Of a stretch of 64,000 nt of DNA, positions 24,349-38,005 are shown piece by piece. The number at the start of each line of letters is the position of its first letter. The first letter of the stretch is position 1. The DNA comes from Mobula hypostoma. Its lineage: Eukaryota. Below the pieces are notes generated by a model. That model made no database searches, was not told the origin of the DNA, and saw only the letters and a program-made list of their open reading frames with translations. The stretch lies in the NCBI RefSeq assembly GCF_963921235.1, contig NC_086118.1, positions 16,928,001 through 16,992,000 on the forward strand, written 5' to 3'. The position numbers and the translations under genes are program-made.

Positions 24349-27300
24349 TATCAGCATTCTTTACTTGAGAGCATCTTACTGCCTACCATCCAGCATATGT
24401 GTTATAGTCACTTTTAGACGGCCCTCAAATAAGATATATGTAGAACTACATTCTTACTCAACATTTTTCTGAAATCTTCCCATCTCACAGTTCATTTTAT
24501 TTTAACACTGCAACACCATTCATTCTACCATAAAACTTTAGATTTATATTTAACACTATAAAAATTCTAATCTTCATCATTGTTGTACATATTGTCACAT
24601 ATATGATTAATATATTTTGGAACAGAATTACACATGAAAACAAAATAATTTGCAAATTTTAAATCATTTTATGATTTAGTAAGGACTGAGACAACTTTTA
24701 CAGATTGAGTACTACCAACATATTAATGAGTCTAGATATTATTCCCCACAGGCCAACAAACCAACAAGCCACAAGAGTTGTGCAGGCATTTTACGTGCCA
24801 GCATTCATTGGAACTCTTGTTTCTTCTCCAATTACAGCTATACATCTCCATTTTCAGGCACAATACGTTGTGAGAGATAGGCTTACTGAAGTGGCAAGAA
24901 TCACTCTGATAGGCAGCCAATACAAATTTGGCAACACGGTAAAGTATTGCTTTTGGATACTTACAGTATTTGTCCATGACTCACTTGAGAATGCCGTGAT
25001 ATTTTGAGCCAGAACTGTCCTGTTAGTTTAAATTTTAATATTTTATGCTTACAAAGATGTATTATATAAGCAGTAATGTTGCAGTTTACACAATATAAAA
25101 TTGTACTTTACACTTATAAAACAAACCATTAGTAGGGAACTCTTTTTTTAATTTAAAAACATATATATTTCTTGACCAGACTCTTCATAGTCAAGGCAAA
25201 ATCCAGTTTGTTACATGTTCAAGTAACAGCATTAATCACATTAAAATGAGTAATTCATTTGTTCTTCATTACGCATCCTCCATAGTCAGTTAAATCAGTA
25301 TATCAAACATCTCATTCAGTGAACAGAATTAGTCTAAAAATATTTCCCAAGAAAACTTGTCAGTAATCAAAACCTAAAAGTGTTGCTTTTCTCACCATCT
25401 GATATGCAGCTAACAGGCTGGAAGACTAAATCAGGACCATTTTCCGTATCCACAAGCAGATCAAATTAAACATTTTAGATGACTTCCTCTGCATATAGAC
25501 TGAGGAGCAGGTGACAGCAGACAGCATTGATGCAGGGGAGATAATGCAAGAGGCAGGATGGGAAGGGGAATTCAAGCAGAAGGAAGTCTGTATGTACAAG
25601 ATGGGACAAATGGATTGCTTCTATGTAGTTGCTATGTAATTTTTCTCCCGGTTTAATACTGCTTCACATCAAATTACATGTGATGGTCCCATTTTCTAAA
25701 ATAAAGAAATCATATATTGTAAAGCAAGCATTTCTTAAACCTTCATTCATCTCAAAATAGGGAAGTAAATTTGCCTCACACCGAGCTTTCTGAGGCTGCA
25801 GTATGGGGTAAAGTGGACTATCATGACCTTTGCAATAGTGTAACACCTGATTTAAGGATCCTTCTGGAGATGTCATTAATGTACACGGAAGTGTTGCAGT
25901 TGCACAAATTCCAGAGCATCACTGAGCATAGATGCACCTGAAACTTAATGTCCCAAAAGTAATTAATAATGGTGCAATAATGGCTATTATATTATTTGCT
26001 TTAGGTTGGGCAAGACTGGAACTCACAAATCAGGAACATTATCTGTAAAGATACGGATAGCTGGCAGCACTTATTCAGGAAGAATCTTTGTCACATGCAA
26101 AGAAACAGCGCACAAGCATCATCGACACAAAGCAGTAACCGTATCCAGAGAACATGATTGAGAAGACCTGGCTTGCACAGTTAAACAGATTTTTTTATAT
26201 TGAAAGTATAAGTTATTGAAGAGAAAAAAATTAAACAGCTCTGTAAATTGTCCTTTGTGTGTAATGCTCAAAAAAAACAATAATTTCTCCAAATTTATTC
26301 TGAAAGTTATTCTATCTACTGACATATATTTTACACATAATTAGTAGTTACCATCTGCACTATAAAATAGATAAAAATAAAGATAGTGAACCACTTCTAT
26401 GGTATTCTTGGATCATGGTATTCTATTGTGTTTTATCTTTCTGTAGCTAGTTAAGTGGAGACATTAATAAGCATTTAACAAACCCAGTAGGTTACCCGGC
26501 AACACAACACCACTGTAGAAAGTGATCTCTATTAATATTTAAGTGGAATGGTTTGTACAGTTATTAGAGGGTCATGTTAGAAATAAAAACAAAAGAAACT
26601 GGAAGTTCAGATTTCAGTGAGAATGGCAATAGTGCAAAGCAATATTTTAAGAAAAATTATGATGTTTCTTCAAGTTTATCTCTCTCTTAACAAATAGTCT
26701 TTCTGTATTTCATGGTTATCTGGAGAAATATGTCAGAGTTGTTTTGTACATGCAAAACATGGACAATAAAATGAATCTTTGAACCCTCTGAATGTTAGCT
26801 CATTAAGTTATCCACTTTTAACTTAATTACAACGACACACAGAACTTCTGGAGAGGGCAGATTCTATATGAACAAGGTCCTCAGTTGAATAATTGAGGAT
26901 TGCACGAGAATCTACCACATGTGTATAGTGGGATAAATTGATTAAGGGATATATCAAGGAGAAGAAAGAGAAGAAATCATGTTTGGAACTGGAGGATGTG
27001 TTATTGAATACTTAGAATTTGTCTGCCTTATGGAATGAGAAATAAGCAAAAGAAACAAAATTAAAGAGAATGAGAAATAGAATATAGAGAGTGACGAAAT
27101 GAGGACATTAACAAAGTGGAAGAGGAATGAGATGCAGGTTCATTGATTAAGGGAGAGAGAGGGATTGAACAAAATAAACATATGAACAGTGACTTTTTGA
27201 GGTATTTTGCAAGGTATACTTTCAGTAAATGTTACAGTGAAAATACACATTGGATACCAGCACAGTATATTTGAAAATTAAAGCTATTTGCTTTTTTTTT

Positions 27301-27832
27301 TAATACTTCTTTCTCCAACTCAAAAGATTGACGACACCAATCCAGAGCGATGACGCTTTCTGCTCTGTACTTTGTCCAAAATCTGGCCCAGGACTTAATT
27401 TGGGAAAAATGAAGCGTGCAGCAAGCCCAGTACTGTCCCAACATTATACTGCAGAAATATAATCGTTGGTAAGAAGAGAGGAATGTGCAGGCCACCAAAG
27501 ACATCTAAGTGCATGTCAAAGGGAGGAGAATTATCATCAGTGACACAGAATACTTGGAAAAGACGAAACTACTGTAAAGATTGTTGATATTATTTTAAAC
27601 ATTTTTTTTCAAGTTTGTGCCGCTTGGCATGACAGATGTATTTGTGTAATTAACACTGTTCAAGTCAACAGAATGGTCCTATTGTCAACATTCTGTCAAA
27701 TAAAATTCATATAAAAGCACAACAAGTAATAATATGATGTAGACATGCTTATAATATATTCAGAGCTATATATAAACTGATAAACTGGGCCATGTAGTTT
27801 GCTAATAATGCAAAACACTTAATGCTGGGTAC

Positions 27833-28537
27833 TCCCGGTGCTCCCGATGTGGCCTTTTATATATTGGCGAGACCCGACGCAGACTGGGAGACCGCTTTGC
27901 TGAACATCTACGCTCTGTCCGCCAGAGAAAGCAGGATCTCCCAGTGGCCACACATTTTAATTCCACGTCCCATTCCCATTCTGACATGTCTGTCCACGGC
28001 CTCCTCTACTGTAAAGATGAAGCCACACTCAAGTTGGAGGAACAACACCTTCTGGGTAGCCTCCAACCTGATGGCATGAACATCGACTTCTCTAACTTCC
28101 GCTGAGGCCCCACCTCCCCCTCATACCCCATCCGTTACCTTTTTTTTATGCACACATTCTTTCTCTCACTCTTCTTTTTCTCCCTCTGTCCCTCTGAATA
28201 TACCCCTTGCCCATCCTCTGGGTCCACCCCCCCCTTGTCTTTCTTCCCGGACCTCCTGTCCCATGACCCTCTTGTATCCCTTTTGCCTATCACCTGCCCA
28301 GCTCTTGGCTCTATCCCTCCCCCTCCTGTCTTCTCCTATCATTTTGGATCTCCCCCTCCCCCTCCAACTTTCAAATCCCTTACTCACTCTTCCTTCAGTT
28401 AGTCCTGACGGGAAGAGTCTCGGCCTGAAACGTCGACTGCACCTCTTCCTACAGATGCTGCCTGGCCTGCTGCATTCACCAGCAACTTTGATGTGTGTTG
28501 CTTGAATTTCCAGCATCTGCAGAATTCCTGTTGTTTG
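27833..28537 (+). mobile_element. 5'-truncated Penelope-like element (GIY-YIG C-terminus + 3' pLTR) with 11-bp TSD
   Basis: Translates CSRCGLLYIGETRRRLGDRFAEHLRSVRQRKQDLPVATHFNS; TSD ATGCTGGGTAC at 27822-27832 and 28538-28548; hammerhead motif with a GG insertion at 28401-28438. Confidence 0.93.
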
Positions 28538-29199
28538 ATGCTGGGTACATTCAGTTAGAAAACTGCTTGTTATAAATTGATATTATCCATGTCATAAGTC
28601 ACCAGAAAGTGAATTTGCTGATGAAATATTTTCAGATCATACTGAGAAGCTGATCTTGCTCTTTATAGCATCACCTCAATGACAATTCTGGATGCCGGTA
28701 AACCTGTAACTTCTCAGTCATTATTTCCTGTTAATATTCTTTGCAATATTTGAGATTGAGCTTGGCTTACTTCCACTGCAACTTTGTGGATTCTGTAGTT
28801 GTTGATGAAACCCATGCTGGATATACCACAAACCTCTCATCTGTTGGCACAACTAGTGGCTGATGGGATGGGGGGGGGTGGTATTCTTCTCTTCCTGCAG
28901 CCCAATCAGAGCCAGTGAGTTCGCCCAGTGCATGGCTTTAAGGATTTCACTACCATCAGAAGTGCTCCTTCTCCACTTTGAATGCTCTTGGGTCAGAAGC
29001 ACCCAGGAAATAGTGTTAATGCTGCTTTTCTTCAAGGAGGCTTGAAGCATATCCTTAATCATCTTCATCCATGTGCCTGGCAACCTCTTGGGAAAAGCTG
29101 TTTAATCTATGGTAACTACTCAGGAAACGTTAGTAGTCAAGCTGTACACAGACTGTACTTGCACTTGAACAAGCTCAGAAGTTAAATTCTGAGCCACTG

Positions 29200-29700
29200 T
29201 ATATGGCTTCTATGAAGCAAATTAAAAGATAGGCCTTGCATTCAACATCCACAAGACAAAGGTTACCTGTTAAGTTGCCTCCAATGCCCTCCGACAAGAC
29301 ATCACAGCAAGACATTAGAAAGCATGGTTAAATCCCACATCTCAGTAACTAACTCCTGGTGAAGGCAGTTATCGATAATGTAACTTTTCACTATTTTCAG
29401 TGCTCCATCCATCTTGGTTAAAATCCATGAATTACTAAGCAACAGTAATCCTTTATGTTTCTGAGGCCTGGACTACTTACTGTAGACATCTCAATACACT
29501 GGAAAAATACATCCACTGCTATCCCAGCAAAATCCCCTGAAGGCATTGGAAGGAAAAGCAAAACAATACTAGTGTCCTCTCCTAAAGACCCCACAACTGA
29601 GGCCTTAAATATACTCAGAATATCTACTTTGGTCAACTACATTGACAGTATGCCTAACATCATTATTCCAAACCAGAAACTTTATCATGAGCTGTGATGG
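29200..29700 (+). mobile_element. Old RTE-clade LINE fragment
   Basis: Patchy translation GLAFNIHKTKV and LNTLEKYIHCY, resembling RTE post-RT motifs. Confidence 0.45.
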
Positions 29701-30604
29701 GCAAAGTTAACAATGTGGACACTGTCATAAAATGGACCTACAAAAGTAACTCCAATAATTAGTTCCAGTTTAAAATCTAAAACAAATCAGGTTTGGAAGA
29801 TGTTGAATTGTGAAACATTATTATTGTAGCCAAATATTTGTTAAGATTTGTTTGTATAAATCATCCTGTACAAAATGGCATTCATTTTGATATTACCTCT
29901 GTGTTTTCTCAGCAGAGATTGCCAAAGTATATTCAGTTCAAATAAAATCATTCTGAGATGTAAGACATAGGAAATAGACATATTTAATAATAGTTACTCT
30001 GTGCTTGTATATTCTAATTATCATGCAAAAAGCACCAATTATTTAATGCGTTAACAATTTGACTCATGTTTCAAGACAACACCAAAATAGGAACAGGAAG
30101 AACCTGATAACTTCAGCAACTTCACATCATTTTTCCCATTATCTTCCAATTCTGATGACTTCAAAACAGTCAATTCCATTCAGAACTATGCACAAGTGGG
30201 GCAGTCCATGCCTGAATATAACAAGACTAAGATTACATGCAAACGTAGGCTGATAAGTGGCAAAAAGCATTGTATCACAGAGGTACCAGATAGTAGAGAG
30301 ATCAAACCACATACTTGTGCATTTGAAATAGCACTACTGACCTCCAATAATTAACATCCTGTTTAGACTTCAGTTCCCATCTACGGGGCATAGCTGAGGA
30401 ATGTGATGGAATATTCTCCACATGCTTTCAAACATGAAGCTCCATGAACACTCAAATAACTCAACATCATCTTAGATAAAGTTGCCCAGCTGACCAGCAC
30501 CCATCCACCACCAGTGCCCGATAGCTGCAGTGTGCATAACAAGATGCACTTTAGTTATTCACCAAGGCTACTCTGATAGCTCTTTCCAAACCTTTGATCT
30601 GAGG

Positions 30605-31010
30605 TCAAAGTCAATGTTGAGTTCGTGGTCACACGCACAATGACAGGTATGCACACGTGCAAAGAAAAACATACTTGCAGTCTACACATGCACATAGCAT
30701 CAAATACGTAATATTCACAACAAGATAAATTAAACAACTTTTACAAAAAGACAATTAGAACAAGTAAAGCAAATTCAGTGTAAAATGATCAAAATGGTCA
30801 TAGAGTTGCTAGACTCTAGTGATTAATGGTTGTGCCACCTGGTTCAAGATCCAAGACTGCAGGGAAGCAGACATTTTTGAAGGTAGTGGTGTGGGATTTC
30901 AGGTTTCTGAACCTCCTGCTTGATGGTAGCTGCAAGAAGATAGCATGGCCTGGATATTGGAATCTTTGCTGATAGATGTTGCCTTCTTGTGGTAGTGTTT
31001 CAGAGATGTA
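30605..31010 (-). mobile_element. Rex1/Babar 3' fragment
   Basis: Minus ORF YPGHAIFLQLPSSRRFRNLKSHTTTFKNVCFPAV. Confidence 0.75.
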
Positions 31011-31386
31011 GGCAAGTCTCTCCCATGAAGAATATATCCTGTTGCCTCCATGCATCAACTTTTCCTCATAATGCAAGGAAGCAAAACAGTGAGTTCCATG
31101 CGAGAGGGTTGAGTAATGTAAATGCTTTGGTTTAATAAATCGCAATGTGCACATGTTGTGTGAAACGTTGGGTGATTTACCTCTGTATTGAGTGTGAGAG
31201 GTCAATGTCACACATACTGTATAAAAAATGTACTTGACAAATAGAAATGGCTGACAATGTGATGATGGGCATTTGGTAAATTAGACAGTGAACCATTAGC
31301 GTGACAGTTAGCATTAGGTATCATGTGCATTGACTGATCCGGATCTTATGTCATTGAACAGATTGCAGTACTGTATTTAACCTCAT

Positions 31387-31542
31387 CAACACACACAAAA
31401 TACTGGAAGAACTCAGCCAGCCAGGCAGGCAGCACCTATGGAAAAAAAGTACAGTCAACATTTCAGGCTGAGACCCTTCGGCAGACCTGCTGAGTTCTTC
31501 CAGCATCTTGGATTCCCAGCATCTACAGATTTTCTCTTGTTT
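31387..31542. mobile_element. Inverted Penelope-terminus mini-insertion with TSD
   Basis: ctggaagaactcagc ... gctgagttcttccag inverted arms; flanks gtatttaacctcat (31373-31386) and gcatctaacctcat (31543-31556). Confidence 0.8.
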
Positions 31543-32799
31543 GCATCTAACCTCATGTTTATTTGCTGCTGAAACTGATGGAATGTCACCAAACACCATC
31601 AAGAGAAGGACATCTCCTTTTGCAACTTCCTCCATCAAGTCATCCTTCCCCATTTCCAAGGAGAAATCACAGTAGAGCAGCAGAGCTACTAGGACTTGAT
31701 GTTTCAATCCCGATGGTAAGTTGGCACTCTCGATGTTGGCAGTGGGCTTGGGGTGGTGACAAGGAGGGAGGGTAGGTACGTCATCGGGGTCATCAGGTGG
31801 GCACCCTCCTTTTTTGACATTTCATTGATAAGCCCACAACGTCTCCAGAGGGCTCAACGATGCTACCTGGTGTCCCAGATACACCAGTTCCATACCCTCC
31901 TGTTGTGTCTCCTGTCTATTCATAAACCCAAAGAAATGTATTGTTTGTTATGGTGTAAGCAGAAGTCATAATGAGCCTACTGCCTACATCGCCATCAATG
32001 GGCAAGGGTTTACTGCACACTGCAATTCCCTCATCCATTTAAGGGATACCCAGTGAAGTCTCCAGTGCTTTTGCTTAACAGATATGCCAAAATCAACTTC
32101 TGCATTATGTCTGTTATTTACTCACCGCTCAATGCTTCATTGCTTTATGGATGATTTTGAAATACTTAAGGTTTAAGAACAGATTTTAAAGTGTTCACTG
32201 TGTAAAATGTTGCTGTGGTAATTAAGCTCTAGATACACATACTCATTCAGTGTTATTCTCAGAGTATCAGACAGCAATAATTCCTTAAAATGATGCCAAT
32301 TTTTATATATCTAATTGCTTTATTATTCAAATTGAACTCTTTAATGAGGCACAATCTGTGGAGAAAGGGAGGATAAATGTTTATGACTCACATTTATCTA
32401 TTTCCTTCTATATGTTCAGTAGCTAAGGGGAGACACAAAGGCCAAAGGATGGAATTGGAGGTACACAAATTCAGGAGTATCAATGATAAAGGTTTCCCCT
32501 TCAGCCAGAGAGGAACATGGTGTAATGAGGGACCACACTTGTGACAATTCATGCAACAGAAACTAAATGTCATCACTACAAAGGTCTATATTCATTGGTA
32601 GTATATTCATAACCATAATTTTCAATTTGATCTATTGAAGTAAGCATCAACTGTCATTAACTTTCATCTTTTTTTATATAAAGGAGAAGAAAATATCAGT
32701 CACCAAGGATAAAGGTTTCAAAATTGCTCCAGTATAAAGGTTCAATATTTTTTCAAGGAAGATTACTTTTGGTTTGGCTAGAAATGTAACGCGGGGTTG

Positions 32800-33005
32800 T
32801 TTATAACCAGAGGGCAGAGACTTACAAAAGGGGATGAAAACTTACAGTCGATGTGATATAACACTGTCTGATGGGGTGCTGGAGGCAGGTTTAAGTAGTA
32901 CATGAATGAGGGCATGAAATGCCATGGTGTATATGTCAAGTGCTAGAAAATAGAATGGAAATTGGTATTTAATGATCAGCACAGACCTGGTGGGCTAAGA
33001 GACTA
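32800..33005 (+). mobile_element. Highly decayed CR1 3' end
   Basis: accagagggca (TRG), gtgctggaggcagg, cagcacagacctggtgggct terminal motif. Confidence 0.5.
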
Positions 33006-34765
33006 TTTGACTCAATGATGCTCTGAATCAAAGGTATTTAATTCATGATGATTTAAACAAAACAATGTTAAACTGCTCAAGGTCAATCTGTATTACTTCG
33101 TAATACTTACTACAAGACTGCAGGCAAAATTATTTGCTGGCATTTACAAAATACTTGCACATGAAAGTACAAAGTTAGGAGTATCTGGATGTAATGATTT
33201 ACCTCTGCTTGTTCAAACACAAGCAAGGAAAGTCTAAATGATCTAATATAGTGAGTGCTTCATGAAGTTTATTTGAGCATCCTGATGTAGAAGACAGTGC
33301 TATGTAAATGAAGGCTTTTGTAGTCCTCCCCAACCCTCTTTTTTGGAAAAATTACCCCGGAACTCCACAAAACCTATTCCAACTTCTACTCAATTTTAAA
33401 TTCCTTAATATTTAAATTGTGCTTTCAATTTAATCGCCTTTATCTATCCTCAAGATGCTGTTTCCTTTTGATGTTCGTTCCAACTCTACTATCTGTTAGT
33501 TTCTCATTCATCTGAAACACGTGTACTTTCTTCTTCCTCATTATCATGATTAGGTAGTCTTTTATATTTCAATCATTCCCTTGAAAACATGAAAATTATA
33601 TTAAAAAACTGCAAATGCTATTTTGGTGAAGTCCCAAAACACTGACGGCTTCTCTTTCCAGCCTTTCTTCTGATATGTGGGTGACTCTGATCAAACTTTT
33701 TTATCCCTTCAAAACAGATGCCTGTCTTTTATGAGGCGGGTCAGTCAAAGCTACAGATCATGTTCAGTAACCAGACTTAACATTGATCTGCACAACATTA
33801 AGTACATAAATGTTCCCTAAAGTGTTGCTAATGAGGCATCAGCCATTTGAATCATAGCTCAAGATTGAAATTAACATGTTTCAAGCATCACGTCAGACCT
33901 TAAGAGTTAAAACTGATCCAAATTTAATCAAACTGGCTTCACTTGTGCACTTTTAATTGGCAGCATACTTTGAGTTCCAAATATAAGTTATTTTTCTGTT
34001 CCTAATTTACAAGACTTGTCCAGCATTTCACTTTCTGTGAGGCCTGATGCTTATCCTTCTAGTTATTCCCACATATGGCACTCTTACTGCATTGTAAGGA
34101 AATAATTTGCATTTGATACAATTAACAATTAACCCTTAAAAATGAAGAGAGTAGAGACCAAAGATTGAGACTAAGGAAGCAGAAGATTTTAATATAATCA
34201 TATACATCAAAATAGCAGAGCAATCTGTTCAAACTGAATTCCGCTCATTCTGCATTAAAAACATAACACCACAAGTAATTTCCAAATTTACTTCTTACCA
34301 ATCAAAGATGCATAAAATAGAGCCTGTAGGTACAAAGCAGTAAGTAGTTTTGCAACTTTAAAACACTTCAAACGTTTTACAATGAAATTATTAAAAATGT
34401 GGAATTGATAGAAAAGATTTTATTTGCATCCCATTTAGTAAGCTCAAGCCACTGCAGTTTCATTTACGATCACTTCCCCTGAACATTGTGAGAAATTAGT
34501 TCTTATCCCTCATCTAGTAGTTAAGTTGCTTGTGCCTGTTTCAGTTCTACAGAAAATATTCTTACCAGAGTTTAACTTCAGACGGCTTTTCGTACCTGCT
34601 GTAGTATATATATTTCAGTAATATTTGAGTAATATTATAAATATATTATTTGATTATGCATTCTTTTGTTTTTGATAATTCATTATCAGATCACTAGTCC
34701 AATGTCTTAACCTCACTTGTAAACATTGCTCCTAGCAAAGAAGGCTATTTTTCAATGAGAGGAAA

Positions 34766-37349
34766 ATGAAACCATCCTATCCTAGTGGTGCTGAAAAATG
34801 GAAAATATTAGACAACAAAACAAAATGTCTAAATAGTCTCCCAAAAGTTACATCTTTCTTTGGTCCAGCATCTGTAAAAGTTGCTGCTGCACCATCGTCA
34901 CAGCATGGGGCTGCAGTGTCAAGTGACAGTGTAAGCGGTACTGGAGATATTGATAATCAGAGCAATGAAAATGAGAAGAACAATTCTACTCAAACAGATG
35001 GTGATAATGATGACCAAACTTTGTTTGATGAACAAGCACCACAGCATGACGATAGTCCTACAACTGAGACAGGTGAGGGAGATGCCACCACCAGCACACC
35101 AGAGAGAAAGCCCCACTAACGTTCACAGAATCCGATCCGGCATATTGGCCAACGCATATTACCAGTGACCAATGGATCGACATTGTTAGGAGAGGTCCCA
35201 TTCAGTTTAGAGGATATTAACTTTCCACAGAGCCAATCACACCGTTGTTTTACCAAGGACAGATATCTTATGAAGATCAAAAATGGAGAAACCATTCGTA
35301 GGTCATGGATAGCGTACTCAGAATCATCTGATTCAATCTTCTGTTTCCTATTTCTGCTGTACCCTATTTGGCAAGCGAAATCACAGTCTCACTTGTGGAG
35401 GTTTCAGAGTGTGGGAGCGACTCACTCTCACACTCCAGGATCATGAGAAGTCAAATGCGCAACGTGCCAACATGGATAGCTGGCGCGAGCTGGAAAAGCG
35501 CTTAAGAACGCACAGTGCCATTGACAGCACGTACCAAGAAATGCAAATACTGGAAAAAAAAACACTGGAATGATGTCATGAAGAGGTTCGTTGCCATAGT
35601 CTGTCACCTTGCAGAACGAAACCTTGCTTTCCGTGGCCACAATTCCACCCTACATGAACCAAATAATGGGAACTTTCTAGGTCTGGTGGAGCTGCTTGCC
35701 GAGTTCGACCCAGTGATGAGTGAACGTGTCAGGCGAGCAGAGAAAAAAAGAGATTGCTGACCACTACGAGGGGAAAACCATACAAAATGAGTTAACCACA
35801 CTTATTGGGGACAAGACACTGGAAGCGATAACAGAGAGAGTAAACAATCACGTTACTACTCGGTGATAATGGACTGCGCCACTGACGCTGCACACATAGA
35901 GCAGCTCTCTGAGACACTGCGCATTGTCACATGCCAAGTGAATGTCAGAGCTACTGTTAGTGAGCATTTTGTCGGTTTCCTACCAGTGCTTGTCACACCA
36001 GGTGCAGGCCTAACCGACGTTTTCTTAACGCATATGGAGAAGTTAGGATTAGATATCTCAAAATGCAGTTGGCAGGCATATGATAATGGGAGCAATATGC
36101 GGGGGAAAATAGTGGGGTGCAGAAGAGGGTGCTAGATATTAACAAGCAAGCACTGTTCATGCCATGTGCCAGCCACAGCCTAGATCTAGTCATTGTCAAT
36201 GCTGCAAAATCAACAGTGGAGTCTGTGAGCTTCTTTGGGGTACTGCAACATCTGTACACACTATTCAGCTCATCGACACAGAGATGGGAGCTTTTCAAGG
36301 AGAACATGCCACAGATGACCCTCAAGGCCATATCCAACATGCGATAGGAGTGCCGCATGGAAATTGTGAAAGTGCTGCTCTACCAGCTTCCCGGTGTTGG
36401 CAATGCGCTCCTGTCACTGATTGAACATGCCGCACAGAAAGGTGACAGTGAAACCACATCTGCAGCCAGAGGCCTAGAACAGGAGATCATGTCATGGAAA
36501 TTCCTGCTGACTGTTATCATCCGGTACAACGTTTTACATGAGGTGAATCGTGTCAGCTAGCTGCTCCAGAGCCCACAAGTGGGAATCGATATGCTATAGC
36601 GCGAGGTGGAATATGTTCTGAAATTTCTGAAGGAATACAGAGAGAACAGCCTTTCATCCGCCCAAACAGATGCCAGAGACATAGCCTAAGAGATAGGGAT
36701 GCCAATGGTCTTTCCTACTGAACGAATCAGAAAACCAAAACGCCAGTTCCAGTACGAGTCCCATAGTGCAGATCCTTCCCTGACAGTGGCACCCGAGGAA
36801 CGGTACAAGAGAGAAGTTTTCCTTCCACTAGTGGACTCTGCCATCATAGGCATTAGTGAGCGCTTCAAGCTGATGGAGTCATTTTACAGTCTGTTTGGCT
36901 TCATTTATGGAAGAGAGGAAATGAAAAAAGCCACCCAAAGTCGCACACGGAAAGACAGCTGCGTAAACATGGAGAGGACACTTGGTGATGTGGATGCTGA
37001 GGACTTTTTGTGCGAGGTGTCGGCTGCTGTCAGTGCTGTGCCTACAAAAGAAGCCACTGACCTGCAGATTCTGAGCTACATTTGCAGTAGCAATCTGGTT
37101 GAACGGTATCCTAACCTCACCATTGCTCTAAGACTCATGTTGACAGTGCCTGTGACTGCAGCAAGTGGAGAGAGAAGTTTTTCGAGGCTAAAGCTCATCA
37201 AAACGCATCTGAGGACAACCTTGCTCCAGAAGCATCTGTCAGCTCTTGCTCAGATATCAATTGAGCATGAAATAACAAGATCACTGGACAAAGATGAGCC
37301 CATTAAAGCATTCTCAGCACTCAAGCACAGGAGGGTGGTGAAGTTCTAG
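34766..37349 (+). pseudogene. hAT transposase pseudogene (TTF zinc finger, DUF4371-like region, DDE core, C-terminal dimerisation domain)
   Basis: RRSWIAYSESSDSIFCF; LAERNLAFRGH..NNGNFLGLVELLAEFDP; IMDCATD..HIEQLS; QAYDNGSNMRG; PCASHSLDL; PVTAASGERSFSRLKLIKTHLR. Several stops and frameshifts. Confidence 0.93.
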
Positions 37350-37538
37350 TGGTAAGTCTTTTAACACTTTTTTTAGCAGAAATAAAGTTTATAATTAAAA
37401 TAATAAAATAAACCACGTATTTCACTCAAAATGTGTATAGGCGATTAGGCGGCGTTTCCACAAATCGTAATTTCTCTCTCTCGCTTGCGTCCTCTCTCTC
37501 TCTCTCACTCTCCTCCTGTTCGCTCTCCAGGCCTTACG

Positions 37539-37559
37539 TGAGCTGTCCGTGGTGCTGAA
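37539..37559 (-). promoter_or_regulatory. RE1/NRSE (REST/NRSF binding) motif
   Basis: Minus strand TTCAGCACCACGGACAGCTCA versus canonical TTCAGCACCACGGACAGCGCC: 19/21, first 18 identical. Confidence 0.8.
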
Positions 37560-38005
37560 AGAGCGCGAGACGCAGTTTGTTGTTAACTTTCAGACACTGT
37601 TCTTTGAATATGTGGGAATTTTCATTAAATATGACATTGCATTTATTATTAATATAATTAGGGGGAAATTGTTTAAGCTGTTGTTATGTGAGCTGATACC
37701 TAACACATAGTGCCATTTAATGCAGACTAGTTGCTCAAAAGGGCGAGGCTTCTCACTCTAAAGCAAAAAATGTCATTGTTTCGGTTTTTAATTAAGAGTA
37801 TTGTTTGGATTATGTTGAGCTGTCTGTCCATTATGCTGATGTATCAACGTTTAAGTCCAAAATTATACCATTATTGATGCAAACCAACTTGAATATTCAC
37901 TTTTTTTCTTTCTTTTTTTTGGAAGCAGGGGTAGGGCCCCACATTAACTCTTGAAACAGGCCCAAGGCCGCCTATGATAATAATAGTTAATAAATAAAAG
38001 CAGAA

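Larger units (their letters stand above)
34687..37975 (+). mobile_element. hAT DNA transposon (left end not recognisable)
   Basis: Full-length transposase pseudogene; GC-rich right subterminal region gggccccac...caggcccaaggccgcc; sits between the truncated 5' LTR and gag. Confidence 0.85.

Noticed and set aside
34561..34600. 30-nt minus-strand micro-exon (cag|GTACG...CTCTG|gtaag, 34566-34595)
   Set aside because: The acceptor lies in the LTR target duplication with no polypyrimidine tract, and the peptide is unrecognisable.
34766..37349. Host ZMYM1/ZNF862-like domesticated gene
   Set aside because: Multiple stops and frameshifts, and it is nested inside an LTR element, so it is a transposase pseudogene.
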